Positions 44,866-55,794 of a DNA stretch of 64,000 nt are shown in pieces; positions within the stretch are counted from its first letter, which is position 1; the number at the start of each line of letters is the position of its first letter. This DNA is from a virus, in the IMG/VR virus record IMGVR_UViG_3300034122_002202, positions 1-64,000 of that record. One strand, written 5' to 3'. The translations under genes and the position numbers were made by a program. The notes under the pieces were generated by a model. The model searched no databases. It was not told the DNA's origin and worked only from the letters and a program-made list of their open reading frames with translations.

Positions 44866-47800
44866 ATGAGTTGTTCTCAAAGTTGTACTTATTCATTCGA
44901 CACTTACTCAGGATATTGGGTTCTTGTAAACCCATGCAGTGAAGGTAGTTGTGTGTGTCCACCATCACCTCAAAGGGTTGGAACTCTTGGTGAGCAGGTA
45001 ACTTATGATTGTATACCAGATGGATCAGGAGATGATGGTTGTTTTCCATCATGTGGCGAAGGTCTTACTTGTTGTGCTTTTCAAGATGTAATACCAGGAC
45101 CATTTGCATATGAATGTGTAAATTTGTTAACAAATGATCAAAATTGTGGCAGTTGTGACAATTGGATAATTGGCACAATCTGTTGTAATGGTGTTCAAAA
45201 ATATTATTTGACTGATGAAAACAACTGTGGAACTTGTGGTCATGTATGTGCTCCAGATGAACATTGTTGTGGGGGTGCATGTGTTCCTAGATTACAAAGA
45301 TGGAATTGCTCAACTTGTGGCACAGTTTGTGAAAATAATGAAACATGTTGTAATAGTGGTTGTTCAAATATTTGGTATGATGCAGCAAATTGTGCTGGTT
45401 GTGAAAATGCTTGTCCTCCTGGTCAAATATGCAATCTTGGCGTATGTACGCCTCCCTGTCCTACTGGTACTCATCCATGTGCTGGAGAGTGCGTTTCAGA
45501 TAATGCAGAATGTGATGTCTGTAATAATTCATGCGTATACCCTTTGGGATGTTGCAATAATCAATGTGTCAATGTAAATACAGATAATTCAAATTGTGGT
45601 AGCTGTGGAAATATTTGTCCTATTGGTCAAATATGTTGTAATGGAAATTGTATAGATCCTCTAACAGATAGTTCAAATTGTGGTGATTGTGGAATAGTTT
45701 GTGAAGCAGGAAGACTCTGTTGTGATGGGCAATGCGTAACACTTAATACTAATGCAAATTGTCGTGGTTGTGGAATTACTTGTGCTGAAGAAGAAGAATG
45801 TTGTGGCAATGGTTGCACAAATACTTTAACTGATAATTCAAATTGTGGTGCTTGTGGAACTGTTTGTGGTACTGGAACGGCTTGCTGTAATGGAATCTGT
45901 ATAGATATCTTAGAAAACGATGCAAATTGTGGTGCTTGTGGAGTAACCTGTGGCGTAGGAGAAGCATGTTGTGACGGAAGCTGTATAGATATATTAAGCG
46001 ATGAATTACATTGTGGTGGTTGCACTGCTTGTGCTCAAGATGAAATGTGTTGCGATGGAATATGTAAAGAAGTATTAACAGATAGATTAAATTGCGGTAG
46101 CTGTGGAACTATTTGTCAGGGAATATGTTGCAATGGAATTTGTATAGATCAAACAATAGATAATGCTAATTGTGGTGATTGTGGAGTAGTTTGTGCAGCA
46201 GGAAGAACTTGTTGTGAGGGTCAATGCGTTTTAGATTCAGTTGCTCTATGTTGTGTAAATCCAGTTTCTTTACAGAAAAAAATAACATATTTTAAAGGTG
46301 ATAATAATAATTGTGGCAGTTGTGGAAATGTCTGTGCTATAGGAGAAACATGTTGTGATGGTCAATGTAAAAATATAAGTACTGACAATGATAATTGTGG
46401 TGCTTGTACATGGGATTGTCTTCCTCCTGCTACATGTATAGAGGGAGAATGTACCAGTCCATTTTGTGGCGGTTCATATATTCCTTGTGCGAGTGATGAA
46501 TTTGGTGATCCCTATGCGTGTTGTTTTGGAGAATGTAAAGATCTAAATTTAGATTCAGAAAACTGTGGTTCTTGTGGAAATGTTTGTGGTCCTGATGAAG
46601 AATGCTGTAATGGTCAATGTACAAACACTATGGGTGATCCTAATAATTGTGGTGCATGTGATGCTTTTCCATGTGTTGGTTCTTGTTGTTCTGGAGTTTG
46701 TTGTGATCAAGCAGAAAAAGTGTGTTGTTTTGGTGAATGTATAAATTTAAATACAGATTTTTCAAATTGTGGAGATTGTGGAGTTCAATGTGCATCAGGA
46801 GAATATTGTTGTGATGGAATATGCATAAATATAAGAATAGATATTGAAAATTGTGGGGGTTGTGCAACTCCTTGTGCAGAAGGTCAAATATGTGTTGATT
46901 GGGAGTGTGTTAATCAATCGCCTAGTCCAAGCCCCAGTCCATCACCTTCACCGAGTCCTAGCCCTAGTCCATCGCCATCGCCTAGCCCAAGCCCCAGTCC
47001 GTCACCTTCACCGAGTCCTAGCCCTAGTCCATCGCCTTCACCAAGTCCTAGCCCTAGTCCATCGCCATCGCCTAGCCCAAGCCCCAGTCCGTCACCTTCA
47101 CCAAGTCCTAGCCCTAGTCCATCGCCTTCACCAAGTCCTAGTCCAACGCCTTCGCCTACACCTAGCCCAACGCCTTCACCGACTCCAAGTCCAACGCCTA
47201 GCCCAACGCCTTCACCAAGTCCTAGTCCAACGCCTTCACCGACTCCGAGTCCAACACCTAGCCCTAGTCCAACGCCTTCACCGACTCCGAGTCCAACACC
47301 TAGCCCGACTCCTAGTCCAACGCCATCGCCTACACCAAGCCCAACACCTAGCCCGACTCCTTCGCCAACGCCTTCACCGACTCCGAGTCCAACACCTAGC
47401 CCGACTCCTAGTCCAACGCCATCGCCTACACCAAGTCCAACGCCTTCACCGACTCCTAGTCCGACTCCTAGTCCAACGCCTAGCCCTACACCTTCACCTA
47501 GTCCAACGCCTAGCCCAACGCCTAGTCCAACACCGAGTCCTACACCTAGCCCGACTCCAAGCCCAAGCCCAACGCCTTCACCGACACCTAGTCCATCGCC
47601 AACGCCTAGTCCGACTCCAAGCCCAAGCCCAACGCCTTCACCTACACCGAGTCCTACACCTAGCCCGACTCCAACTCCAACACCGACTCCAACGCCAACT
47701 CCTACACCAACTCCAACACCGACACCTACCCCAACGCCTACACCTACTCCTACGCCAACGCCTACTTCAGAAGAATATCTTGGTTATGAAATAGCTGTAT

Positions 47801-48474
47801 TTACATCTAACTTAAATCCTAATCCATCAGAAGGATTTACTTTAGGGGTTAGTCTTTCTTTGGGAAAAAGATATGAAAATTGTCAAAACATATATGCACA
47901 ATTAATAAATGGTGATGGAACAAATTATGGCGTTTCACATTCAACAGGATTTGTAAATCTTACAAACGGAAATTATCTATTTACTGGAATAATACCAACA
48001 TCATTTAGAGGTGCGATTAAGTTTTATTGTGGGTCTGAACTTTTAGGTGCTACTGCAATTAATCCAGAAGAATATGAAAATGTAGATGTTAAAGTAAGTA
48101 CAAGGTGTGCTACTTCTGGAGTAGGAGTTCCAGCATTAACAAATCCAATACCAATTAATCCAGAAGATCCTATAGAACTAAGACTCACAGATGACTACTT
48201 AACAGAAGAATCAAGGTCGATAGACATAACTTCTGTTGATTGGCCAGATCTAACTGGTTCTACTACAGACTTTATGATTGATTCTAGACCAACATTCATT
48301 AAACGAGCACAGCTACTTAATGGAACATCTTTAAGAATTGAACTTAGCAATGAAGAATTAGCACAAATTGGGGCAGGAAGGTGGTCATATGAATTTAGAT
48401 CTACATTATCTAATACCCATATAATTACGCTGTCTGTTGGCAATATAGTTATAGTGCCACCATTTACCGATTAA
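44866..48474 (+). CDS. STIG1-like Cys-rich repeat protein + Pro-Ser/Pro-Thr stalk + C-terminal domain shared with the protease
   Basis: About 19 units of DxxNCGxCGxxC-x5-CCxGxC; C-terminus LRLTDDY...[11 protein letters not shown]...SVGN. Confidence 0.8.
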   Translation: MSCSQSCTYSFDTYSGYWVLVNPCSEGSCVCPPSPQRVGTLGEQVTYDCIPDGSGDDGCFPSCGEGLTCCAFQDVIPGPFAYECVNLLTNDQNCGSCDNWIIGTICCNGVQKYYLTDENNCGTCGHVCAPDEHCCGGACVPRLQRWNCSTCGTVCENNETCCNSGCSNIWYDAANCAGCENACPPGQICNLGVCTPPCPTGTHPCAGECVSDNAECDVCNNSCVYPLGCCNNQCVNVNTDNSNCGSCGNICPIGQICCNGNCIDPLTDSSNCGDCGIVCEAGRLCCDGQCVTLNTNANCRGCGITCAEEEECCGNGCTNTLTDNSNCGACGTVCGTGTACCNGICIDILENDANCGACGVTCGVGEACCDGSCIDILSDELHCGGCTACAQDEMCCDGICKEVLTDRLNCGSCGTICQGICCNGICIDQTIDNANCGDCGVVCAAGRTCCEGQCVLDSVALCCVNPVSLQKKITYFKGDNNNCGSCGNVCAIGETCCDGQCKNISTDNDNCGACTWDCLPPATCIEGECTSPFCGGSYIPCASDEFGDPYACCFGECKDLNLDSENCGSCGNVCGPDEECCNGQCTNTMGDPNNCGACDAFPCVGSCCSGVCCDQAEKVCCFGECINLNTDFSNCGDCGVQCASGEYCCDGICINIRIDIENCGGCATPCAEGQICVDWECVNQSPSPSPSPSPSPSPSPSPSPSPSPSPSPSPSPSPSPSPSPSPSPSPSPSPSPSPSPSPSPSPSPSPSPSPSPSPSPTPSPTPSPTPSPTPSPTPSPTPSPSPSPTPSPTPSPTPSPSPTPSPTPSPTPSPTPSPTPSPTPSPTPSPTPSPTPSPTPSPTPSPTPSPTPSPTPSPTPSPTPSPTPSPTPSPTPSPSPTPSPTPSPTPSPTPSPTPSPSPTPSPTPSPSPTPSPTPSPSPTPSPTPSPTPSPTPTPTPTPTPTPTPTPTPTPTPTPTPTPTPTPTSEEYLGYEIAVFTSNLNPNPSEGFTLGVSLSLGKRYENCQNIYAQLINGDGTNYGVSHSTGFVNLTNGNYLFTGIIPTSFRGAIKFYCGSELLGATAINPEEYENVDVKVSTRCATSGVGVPALTNPIPINPEDPIELRLTDDYLTEESRSIDITSVDWPDLTGSTTDFMIDSRPTFIKRAQLLNGTSLRIELSNEELAQIGAGRWSYEFRSTLSNTHIITLSVGNIVIVPPFTD

Positions 48475-48479
48475 AATAT

Positions 48480-48489
48480 GGTGTATTAT
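48480..48489 (+). promoter_or_regulatory. putative late promoter GGTGTATTAT
   Basis: Intergenic, upstream of 48524. Confidence 0.65.
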
Positions 48490-48523
48490 TAATTGAAACA
48501 ATACTCTAACCATAGAGGCTATT

Positions 48524-49054
48524 ATGTACTGGCAAGCAGAATTCATAACATTATTGAGAGTTTTACTAGACGATTTAGTTTCTCCACAACTCTATACAGA
48601 CAAACGACTTACGCAAGTAATTGCTGTTGCTGCTCAACTAGTTACTTCAGAATTAAGATTTGCAAATAATTTTCAAGTTGATATTCAAGCACTTACAATT
48701 AATCCTAGTCCAGTAGATAGGGCGACTACTAGAGATGACAACTTTATAAATTTAGTGACTATAAAATCAGCATGTTTAATAGAGCGTGGCGAGACAAGAA
48801 GGGCTGTTGGTCAAGGAATTGCTATTAGAGATGGTAGTTCTTCTATTGACTTGCGTGGAACTATGGATGGTAGAATGAAATTACTAGAAAAGGGTTGGTG
48901 TTCTGTTTACGAAGAAGTTAAACTAGAATATCAAACGGCAAGAGTTGGATTAGTAGCTGGTGCTGCTATAATGAGTCCGTTTAGAATATTTGCTGGTTCT
49001 AGAGATCAAGTTTATTATACTAGCAATGAAGGCAGAACATTTTTCCCAAGATAA
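48524..49054 (+). CDS. probable head-tail adaptor
   Basis: LRVLLDD....YTDKRL helical start; IRDGSSSIDL. Confidence 0.55.
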   Translation: MYWQAEFITLLRVLLDDLVSPQLYTDKRLTQVIAVAAQLVTSELRFANNFQVDIQALTINPSPVDRATTRDDNFINLVTIKSACLIERGETRRAVGQGIAIRDGSSSIDLRGTMDGRMKLLEKGWCSVYEEVKLEYQTARVGLVAGAAIMSPFRIFAGSRDQVYYTSNEGRTFFPR

Positions 49055-49065
49055 GGAGTAGGTAG

Positions 49066-49524
49066 ATGGCAACTCATCATATAATTAATAGCGGTGTGAT
49101 TAAAATTGGATCTTCAACTATTCAACCAACTGAAGGGCATCCTTCTGGAGAAGTAACTACTTACAATAGGGTTGATGTTAGAACATTTTCTGATATTGAA
49201 CCAGTAAATTTAAGTAGAAATTTTGGCTATTACAATGTAGATACTAGCATGAGCGATAGTCTTGAAGATGGTTCTAGTGCTATTGCTGCAACAGGAATTA
49301 GCCAACAAATCTTCCCTGCAAAATCAGGAAGAAATTATTTTTACTTTAAAAACAATTCTACTGGAATTATGCACTTGAATTTTGGTGAAGATGCTGATAC
49401 AACTACATCATATAATTTGGCAGCAAGTCAAGAACTAGTATTTGAAAATGGATTTGTTCCATTGGATGCTGTCAATGTTTATTCAGTTGAGCTATCTGGA
49501 TTGTTTGTTGCAAAACAGGCTTAA
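49066..49524 (+). CDS. hypothetical virion protein (beta-sandwich)
   Basis: AAGGAG RBS; R.YF..KN.S...L.FG pattern. Confidence 0.6.
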   Translation: MATHHIINSGVIKIGSSTIQPTEGHPSGEVTTYNRVDVRTFSDIEPVNLSRNFGYYNVDTSMSDSLEDGSSAIAATGISQQIFPAKSGRNYFYFKNNSTGIMHLNFGEDADTTTSYNLAASQELVFENGFVPLDAVNVYSVELSGLFVAKQA

Positions 49525-49554
49525 TTTAAGTTTTAGGAAGCTAAAGGAGGATTT

Positions 49555-51354
49555 ATGTTTTTAACTATTGGTATGCCTACATACGATGATTTCGATGGTG
49601 TTTACTTTACACTTCAATCTCTAAAAGCTTATCATGATCTAGAAGGTGTTGAGCTTTTAGTAGTAGATACAAAGCCAAAACTTTGTGAAGACACCAAAAA
49701 ATTGTGCGAAAGTGTTGGTGCTTCCTATTATCATAGACCTGATTGTCAGGGAACAGCACCAGCTAAAAATGCAGTATTTGAACTTGCAAAAGGTAAGTTT
49801 GTTATGTGTGTTGATTGCCATGTTTTGTTAGTCAAAGACTCAATTAAAAAACTTAAAGAGTATTTAAAGCAAAACGAAAATACAAAAAATTTAATTCAAG
49901 GACCACTTCTTTACGATGATCAAAAAAGCACATCTACGCATTTTGATCCAGGCTGGAGAGGTCATATGTATGGAACTTGGGGCAATGATCCTAGAGCTAT
50001 TTCAGAAGAAGAATTTGAAATTCCAATGCAGGGTGGTGGGCTTTATTGCTGTAGAAAAGATGCTTGGCCAAAATTTCATCCAGCATTTCGTGGATTTGGT
50101 TCTGAAGAAGGATACATTCAAGAAAAGTTTAGGCAGAATGGTGGCAAAGCAGTTTGTCTAACATTTTTAAAATGGATACATAGATTTGGCAGACCAAAAG
50201 GTGTTCCATACCCATTATCTGTTGTAGATAGAATTTTTAATTATATTGTTGGTTGGACAGAAATTGGTTGGAATCATAGAGAAGTAATTAATTATTTTAG
50301 TGGTAAAGTAACGCAAGAAGAGCTATTTAAAGCAATTTCTGATTCAGCTAAATTTATTGGCAATCCCACTCCAATAAACTCTTCAGAAAAAAATGCAATT
50401 AAAGTTAAAGCTTATGTTATTGGAAGAGAAAGTGTAACTACTGAAGAATCATTTAAAAAAATTAAATGGACTAAAGAAAAAGAATATATGTTGGGTGCAA
50501 ATTTAAAATCTGTATTAGAAAAATTTATCGCAGAAGGAAATGACTATGCGTTAATATGTAAGGGTAATTTAAGGCTAGAAAAAAATATAAATATAATGAT
50601 TGATTTTTGGCCATTAATTAAAACAGGTCAAGCAAAGATAACTATATTTGATCAGATAAATAAGTCATCTCTAAAGACAAAGCATTCTCAACTTTCTTAT
50701 AAAATTGCAGATATTGACGAACTAGACGATGCACCTTTATATTTTGTTAGCAAAGATTTTGCACAAAAAGTTCTAGATGATTACAAAGAAGGTGCAGAGT
50801 TTTCTTATATTTGTGAAAAAGAAAATATTGTTCCTTTTCTTTATACATTTGAAGAAAACATTCTTAGACTTAGAATGCAATATGTTCCTCTACCTAATGT
50901 TGATGGTGGGCTTTCAGTTGAAGCAGTAAGAGAAATTGTTTGGGCAGCAAGCAACTCGTATTGTTTAGATATAAGCTCAGAAGGTCTACAAACCACCATT
51001 GCTCTTTGCCAAAGGGGTCTTGGAGTAGTTAGAGTAGATGAATATAAAAATAAATCTAAAGAGCAATTACAAACAACAATAAAGAATTTTAGCTATGAAA
51101 ACTTTATTCTTACAGATAAAGAAGATGATTTTCAAGCACCAGAAGAGAACCCTAGAACTCTACTGATTAACTATAAAGGCTTGTCTCAAGAACTTATTGA
51201 TTTTTCATTGGTCAAACAAGAAACATTTTTAAGGTCTAAGGACTGCTTAATTATAGTCAATGCAGACCAAGAAGTTGCAGATATTTATAAAAAATCTGAA
51301 AAACTTAGTGTAATTAATTCATCAGACGATTATTTAATTTTAAAGAAGCTTTAA
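49555..51354 (+). CDS. family-2 glycosyltransferase (N-terminal) with C-terminal extension
   Basis: LTIGMPTYDD, ELLVVD, AKN, CVDCH (DxD-like), FRGFGSEE. Confidence 0.8.
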   Translation: MFLTIGMPTYDDFDGVYFTLQSLKAYHDLEGVELLVVDTKPKLCEDTKKLCESVGASYYHRPDCQGTAPAKNAVFELAKGKFVMCVDCHVLLVKDSIKKLKEYLKQNENTKNLIQGPLLYDDQKSTSTHFDPGWRGHMYGTWGNDPRAISEEEFEIPMQGGGLYCCRKDAWPKFHPAFRGFGSEEGYIQEKFRQNGGKAVCLTFLKWIHRFGRPKGVPYPLSVVDRIFNYIVGWTEIGWNHREVINYFSGKVTQEELFKAISDSAKFIGNPTPINSSEKNAIKVKAYVIGRESVTTEESFKKIKWTKEKEYMLGANLKSVLEKFIAEGNDYALICKGNLRLEKNINIMIDFWPLIKTGQAKITIFDQINKSSLKTKHSQLSYKIADIDELDDAPLYFVSKDFAQKVLDDYKEGAEFSYICEKENIVPFLYTFEENILRLRMQYVPLPNVDGGLSVEAVREIVWAASNSYCLDISSEGLQTTIALCQRGLGVVRVDEYKNKSKEQLQTTIKNFSYENFILTDKEDDFQAPEENPRTLLINYKGLSQELIDFSLVKQETFLRSKDCLIIVNADQEVADIYKKSEKLSVINSSDDYLILKKL

Positions 51355-51370
51355 TTGTATAATTATCAGT

Positions 51371-51380
51371 GGTGTATTAT
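51371..51380 (+). promoter_or_regulatory. putative late promoter GGTGTATTAT, probably giving a leaderless mRNA
   Basis: Intergenic; ATG 5 nt downstream with no RBS. Confidence 0.6.
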
Positions 51381-51385
51381 ACATT

Positions 51386-51907
51386 ATGGGCAAATTATTT
51401 ACATTATCTGATGATGTCAAAAAAATAGCTCAAGATGCTATAGATGACCTAATAGATCAATTGGGCAAGGATTGCCTATTGGTTTATCCTCCACTTCCAA
51501 ATGTTTGTGTTAACTGCGTTATAGATCCAATTGGAAATAAGTCATCAAATCATTGGACTAATGGTGGACCTATGCCATTTCCAAATAACAGTATTTGCCC
51601 TATGTGTGATGGTAGGGGGTATCATTTTTCAGAAACAACAACTCCGATAAAGCTTTTAATATCAAATAGCCCTTCTGATTGGTTTGTTAAAATTCCAGCA
51701 AACATACAGCATCCAGCAGGAACAATTCAGACCAAGGGATATATAAAAGATTTAGCAAATGTTTTGCAGTCAAGAAAAATGATTATGCAAATAAGCTTAG
51801 AGCCAATGATTAGATATACATATGAACTTGCTGGCGAGCCTATTGATCAAGGAAACATAGTGCAAAACAGATATTGGGTTGCTGTATGGAATAGAATAGG
51901 AGCTTAA
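51386..51907 (+). CDS. probable head-closure/neck protein with CxxC..CxxCxGxG
   Basis: Position and Zn-finger motifs. Confidence 0.5.
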   Translation: MGKLFTLSDDVKKIAQDAIDDLIDQLGKDCLLVYPPLPNVCVNCVIDPIGNKSSNHWTNGGPMPFPNNSICPMCDGRGYHFSETTTPIKLLISNSPSDWFVKIPANIQHPAGTIQTKGYIKDLANVLQSRKMIMQISLEPMIRYTYELAGEPIDQGNIVQNRYWVAVWNRIGA

Positions 51908-51908
51908 A

Positions 51909-52565
51909 ATGGCTTCTTTTAGATACAATGTTGAGCTTAACCAACAACAATTTGCATTAGCTGTAGCACAAGAACTAAAAGCAATTCTTGATCGAACAAT
52001 CAGTCAGTTAATTAGAAAAATAAGGCCAAGTCTTATTGCCTATATTGAAAACAAATTAAGAAAAGACCCTAATAATACATACTACTCTTTAGATATTGGA
52101 GATTTAAGAAACGATTTTGGCTTTAGGTCAGGACAAAATGCTGGAGAAAGAGTTGTAAAAGCAATATCTGGATCAATTGAACTTACAAAACTTGGACCAA
52201 CTTCAGCAAGTTTGGGCGGGGTTAGATTGCAATTGTTAAAGGGTGGCATAGAATTTTTATTAGATAAAGATTTTGGGGCTTATGATTCAAATGGAAATAC
52301 TGTAGATTGGCTAAGATGGCTATTGACTGCTGGCGACACTATAGTTGTTGCTGATTATCAGGTAATGAAAGACAAGGGTACGCCTTTAAAGGGTTCAAGA
52401 AGTGGTTACGCATTAATGATTTCTCCAAAAATGTCAAAGGGTTTTAGGGTAGACCCAAATCATTCTGGAACAATAGATGATAATTGGATAACTAGGGCAT
52501 TAGCTGCAACAGAAGTAGACATGCTAGCAAAGTTACAACAAGGCTTAGAGGAATTATTAAAATGA
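51909..52565 (+). CDS. probable tail-completion/neck protein
   Basis: Position; WL.WLL..G and GT..DNWITRA. Confidence 0.5.
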   Translation: MASFRYNVELNQQQFALAVAQELKAILDRTISQLIRKIRPSLIAYIENKLRKDPNNTYYSLDIGDLRNDFGFRSGQNAGERVVKAISGSIELTKLGPTSASLGGVRLQLLKGGIEFLLDKDFGAYDSNGNTVDWLRWLLTAGDTIVVADYQVMKDKGTPLKGSRSGYALMISPKMSKGFRVDPNHSGTIDDNWITRALAATEVDMLAKLQQGLEELLK

Positions 52566-53518
52566 GTATAAAATTTCATGGCGTAACAAATTATGGTGAT
52601 GCCTTAACTTCAGACCTATTAGAAACATCTGTCCATATGTTTATGCAGAATGGATTTTTATCTGCTGGTGCTTTTACAAATATTTATGTTCCAACAGGAG
52701 TTTACCCGACAGGAGTTGGCTCACATTCTTTACCATCTTATAAGATGAGACTTTCTAGAGATCCTAGATATGCAAATGGTTCTGTTTGGGAAGGTGCTAG
52801 ATCAGATTGGGTGTGGGAGTCTGGAGTTGAATATACCCATCAGCCTATAAGCATTAGTGGTATATATGTAAACACATCTTTTATACCTAAAAATACATCT
52901 GGACCTTCTGGATATAAGATAAATTATCCCGAAGGAAAAATTATTTTTAATTCCCCAATAGCTACAACTAGTACAGTTAAATGCGAACATTCTTATAGAA
53001 ATGTAAAGATTGTATCTGCTGATATACCTTGGTTTCAAACTATACAATACGACAGCTTTAGAGTTGATGATGTTCAATTTTCGTCTAAAGGGTCTGGTGC
53101 TTGGGATGTCCTTTCCCTAAATAGAATACAGCTTCCTGCCATAGTTTTAGAAACATTGCCATCCGTGAGCATGACACCTTATGAGCTAGGAGCTATTAAT
53201 AGGGTTCATAAACAAGATATATTAATGCATGTTTTTGCAGAAACACCTTGGGATAGAAGGCAAGTTCATGATGTTATTATTAATCAATGGGAAAAAAGAT
53301 TTTGGGGTATAGATAAGACAAAACTTTTAGCCGATCAAAAATACCCGCTTACATATGATGGGCAAATAGCTCCATCTGGATTAAATTATGGAGATATAAC
53401 AACTGATTATCAATGGAAGCTGATATCTTTTGATAAAATTAGATCTCAAGAGCAGTTTGCTGCCCCACCTATGTATAGATCTAGCATAAGAGTTACTTTC
53501 TCAATAGATTCTCTTTAA
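52562..53518 (+). CDS. probable tail terminator-like protein
   Basis: Immediately before tail tube; QLPAIVLE..PYELG. Confidence 0.5.
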   Translation: MSIKFHGVTNYGDALTSDLLETSVHMFMQNGFLSAGAFTNIYVPTGVYPTGVGSHSLPSYKMRLSRDPRYANGSVWEGARSDWVWESGVEYTHQPISISGIYVNTSFIPKNTSGPSGYKINYPEGKIIFNSPIATTSTVKCEHSYRNVKIVSADIPWFQTIQYDSFRVDDVQFSSKGSGAWDVLSLNRIQLPAIVLETLPSVSMTPYELGAINRVHKQDILMHVFAETPWDRRQVHDVIINQWEKRFWGIDKTKLLADQKYPLTYDGQIAPSGLNYGDITTDYQWKLISFDKIRSQEQFAAPPMYRSSIRVTFSIDSL

Positions 53519-53521
53519 ATT

Positions 53522-53531
53522 GGTGTATTAA
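53522..53531 (+). promoter_or_regulatory. putative late promoter GGTGTATTAA
   Basis: Intergenic, upstream of tail tube gene. Confidence 0.65.
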
Positions 53532-53581
53532 TTAAATGAGGGTTGATTTTTGGACAGAATTTTATATGGGAGATTCATAAA

Positions 53582-54682
53582 ATGGCAAATCGAAGAATAT
53601 TTTACGCTTGTCAAGCAGTAGGTATCGCAGCAGATGGTAGCAGCACTTACCAAGAAGTTCGTGGTCTTCAATCTGTTGGTATTAATACCACTTTTAATCT
53701 TCAACAAGTTTTTGAAATCGGTATGATTTCAATCTATGAAAACATTGAAGGCGTTGCAGATGTAGAAGTTACACTTGAAAAAGTACTCGATGGTTTTCCA
53801 TTGTTGTACCATCTTGGAACTCAAGGTGCTTCTAGTTCTACTTTGGTTGGTCGATCTAATAAGAAAGCAATTCTTGCTCTTTCTATTACTGACGATACTC
53901 AAGAAGCTGCTTCTGGAGTTCCAAGTTCTACTTGTATTGTTTCTGGATGCTTTGTAAGTCAAGTTTCTTACAAAATTGGCATCGATGGAAATGCTACTGA
54001 ATCAGTAACTATGGTTGCAAACAATAAAGTTTGGAATACTGGTTCTACTGGCAAGTGGACACCAAACTTCCAACCAGTAGACAATAGTGGTAGCAATCCT
54101 ACTTGGGATGCTGATCCATATGATGAGGCGACTAATTTTAGTGCTCAACGATCTGCTTCTGGCATTGCCCAAAGACAGCATCTTAATATGAGCAAATCAC
54201 TTTTCCCAACTCAGATTCCTGGTATTGATGCTTCTGGTAAAAATACTCTTAATACTACTTTAAATTGCTTTAATACATCTTTCCAATCTGCTTCTGCTTC
54301 TGCGACTCTTGGTCGTGAACAGATTCTTGAATTGGGTCGAAAAGCACCTTACTTCCGATATACTAAATTCCCAGTAGAAGTTACTGCTGAATTTGAAGTA
54401 TTGGCAAAAGGTGGAGATGATATTGAAGTAACCGAAAGTGGTTCTGCTTTCAATAGTTACAATGGTAACAACTTGAAAGATCAGACAATTAAGTTAGTTC
54501 TTACTGAAGGTACTGTTATTGATCTTGGTACAAAAAACAAGATGCAATCTTGTAATTACCAAGGTGGTGGTGTTGACGGCAATAATGCAACTGTCACCTA
54601 CTCATTCCGAACCTTCAATGACTTTACTGTTAAGCATCCAGTAGATCCTACATCTGCTTTACGAAGCACTGCTGATCTATAA
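53582..54682 (+). CDS. major tail (tube) protein
   Basis: GGGAG RBS; two-repeat beta protein (GLQSVG..VFEIG / REQILELG); followed by terminator. Confidence 0.7.
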   Translation: MANRRIFYACQAVGIAADGSSTYQEVRGLQSVGINTTFNLQQVFEIGMISIYENIEGVADVEVTLEKVLDGFPLLYHLGTQGASSSTLVGRSNKKAILALSITDDTQEAASGVPSSTCIVSGCFVSQVSYKIGIDGNATESVTMVANNKVWNTGSTGKWTPNFQPVDNSGSNPTWDADPYDEATNFSAQRSASGIAQRQHLNMSKSLFPTQIPGIDASGKNTLNTTLNCFNTSFQSASASATLGREQILELGRKAPYFRYTKFPVEVTAEFEVLAKGGDDIEVTESGSAFNSYNGNNLKDQTIKLVLTEGTVIDLGTKNKMQSCNYQGGGVDGNNATVTYSFRTFNDFTVKHPVDPTSALRSTADL

Positions 54683-54702
54683 TAGTTTGCAAACAAATAT
54701 GT

Positions 54703-54735
54703 GGGCAGCAGGGAAACCTGTTGCCCCTTATTTTT
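54703..54735 (+). terminator. intrinsic terminator after tail tube
   Basis: GGGCAGCAGG-GAAA-CCTGTTGCCC + TTATTTTT. Confidence 0.8.
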
Positions 54736-54746
54736 AGGAATATAGG

Positions 54747-55793
54747 ATGGATCAGTTTAAGAAGGAATTATATATTAGTAGAATTATTACTGGATTTTTT
54801 CGTTGTAAAATCAACGGAAAAGTCTATTTGCTTAAACAGCCAGATCGCCACACTCGCCACATCGCTCAAGAAATATTCATAGAATCATTTGAAGAAGCAG
54901 AATTAGAAGGTCTATACAATCAAGAAGAATTAGAATTCTTCATGTATAGCAATAATGTATGGGATGAAGAAAAAGAAAAACAAATCGTTCAAATGCCAAA
55001 AGATATTGAGGAATTAAAAGTAAGACTATTTGAAGCCACATTTAAAACAGAAGAACGAAAAATAATTAGAAAAATGTTAAAAATAGCAAAGCAATCATTC
55101 TCTGAACTATACAGAGAAAAAAATGCATATAATCATTTATCATGTGAGGGCATTTCCTCTATGAATAAAATGAGGTATTTAGTTGGTAAAGGGCTTTTAT
55201 TTGAAGATGGAACTAGAGTTTGGGAAGGCGATGATTTTTGGAAGCAGACAGAACCACTTTTAGAAGATGCCACTTCGGTATTTGTTGAAAATAAAATATC
55301 TGATTCTGAATTTAGAGAAATAGCAAGAACAGATCCTTGGCGATCTACATGGTCATGTAAAAAGTCTGAGGGGAGCTTATTTGGTGTTCCTGCTGTAGAT
55401 TTAACAGAAGAACAAAAAAGCGTTATCATTTGGTCATCACTCTATGATAATATATATGAGCATCCAGAATCACCATCAGAAGAAGTTTTAGAAGATGATG
55501 ATATGCTTGATGGATGGTTGATTTTGCAAAGAAGAAAAAGGGTTAAAAAAGGAGTAGAAACTGGAATAGATGGATTACTATCAAATGACAAAATAAGAAA
55601 CAGCAAAGAAATATTTATAATTGCAGAAAGCAAGGAAGATGCTAAGAAGATAGAATCTTTAAATGATATGAATGCAAGGATGATTAAGAAAGAAAGATCA
55701 CAAGCTCTAAAAAAACATGGCACTCTTGCAGAAGAAAATATGCCCGACTCCATAAGGGATATTCAAATGCAAATGAATGCTGGAGGTAAGTAA
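54747..55793 (+). CDS. hypothetical protein, possible tail assembly chaperone
   Basis: Between tube and tape measure; acidic, helical. Confidence 0.5.
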   Translation: MDQFKKELYISRIITGFFRCKINGKVYLLKQPDRHTRHIAQEIFIESFEEAELEGLYNQEELEFFMYSNNVWDEEKEKQIVQMPKDIEELKVRLFEATFKTEERKIIRKMLKIAKQSFSELYREKNAYNHLSCEGISSMNKMRYLVGKGLLFEDGTRVWEGDDFWKQTEPLLEDATSVFVENKISDSEFREIARTDPWRSTWSCKKSEGSLFGVPAVDLTEEQKSVIIWSSLYDNIYEHPESPSEEVLEDDDMLDGWLILQRRKRVKKGVETGIDGLLSNDKIRNSKEIFIIAESKEDAKKIESLNDMNARMIKKERSQALKKHGTLAEENMPDSIRDIQMQMNAGGK

Positions 55794-55794
55794 A

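Noticed and set aside
40901-47794. Poly-GV, LHR/QRL-rich and His/Asn-rich ORFs
   Set aside because: Shadow frames of the Pro-Thr/Pro-Ser and Cys-rich coding repeats.
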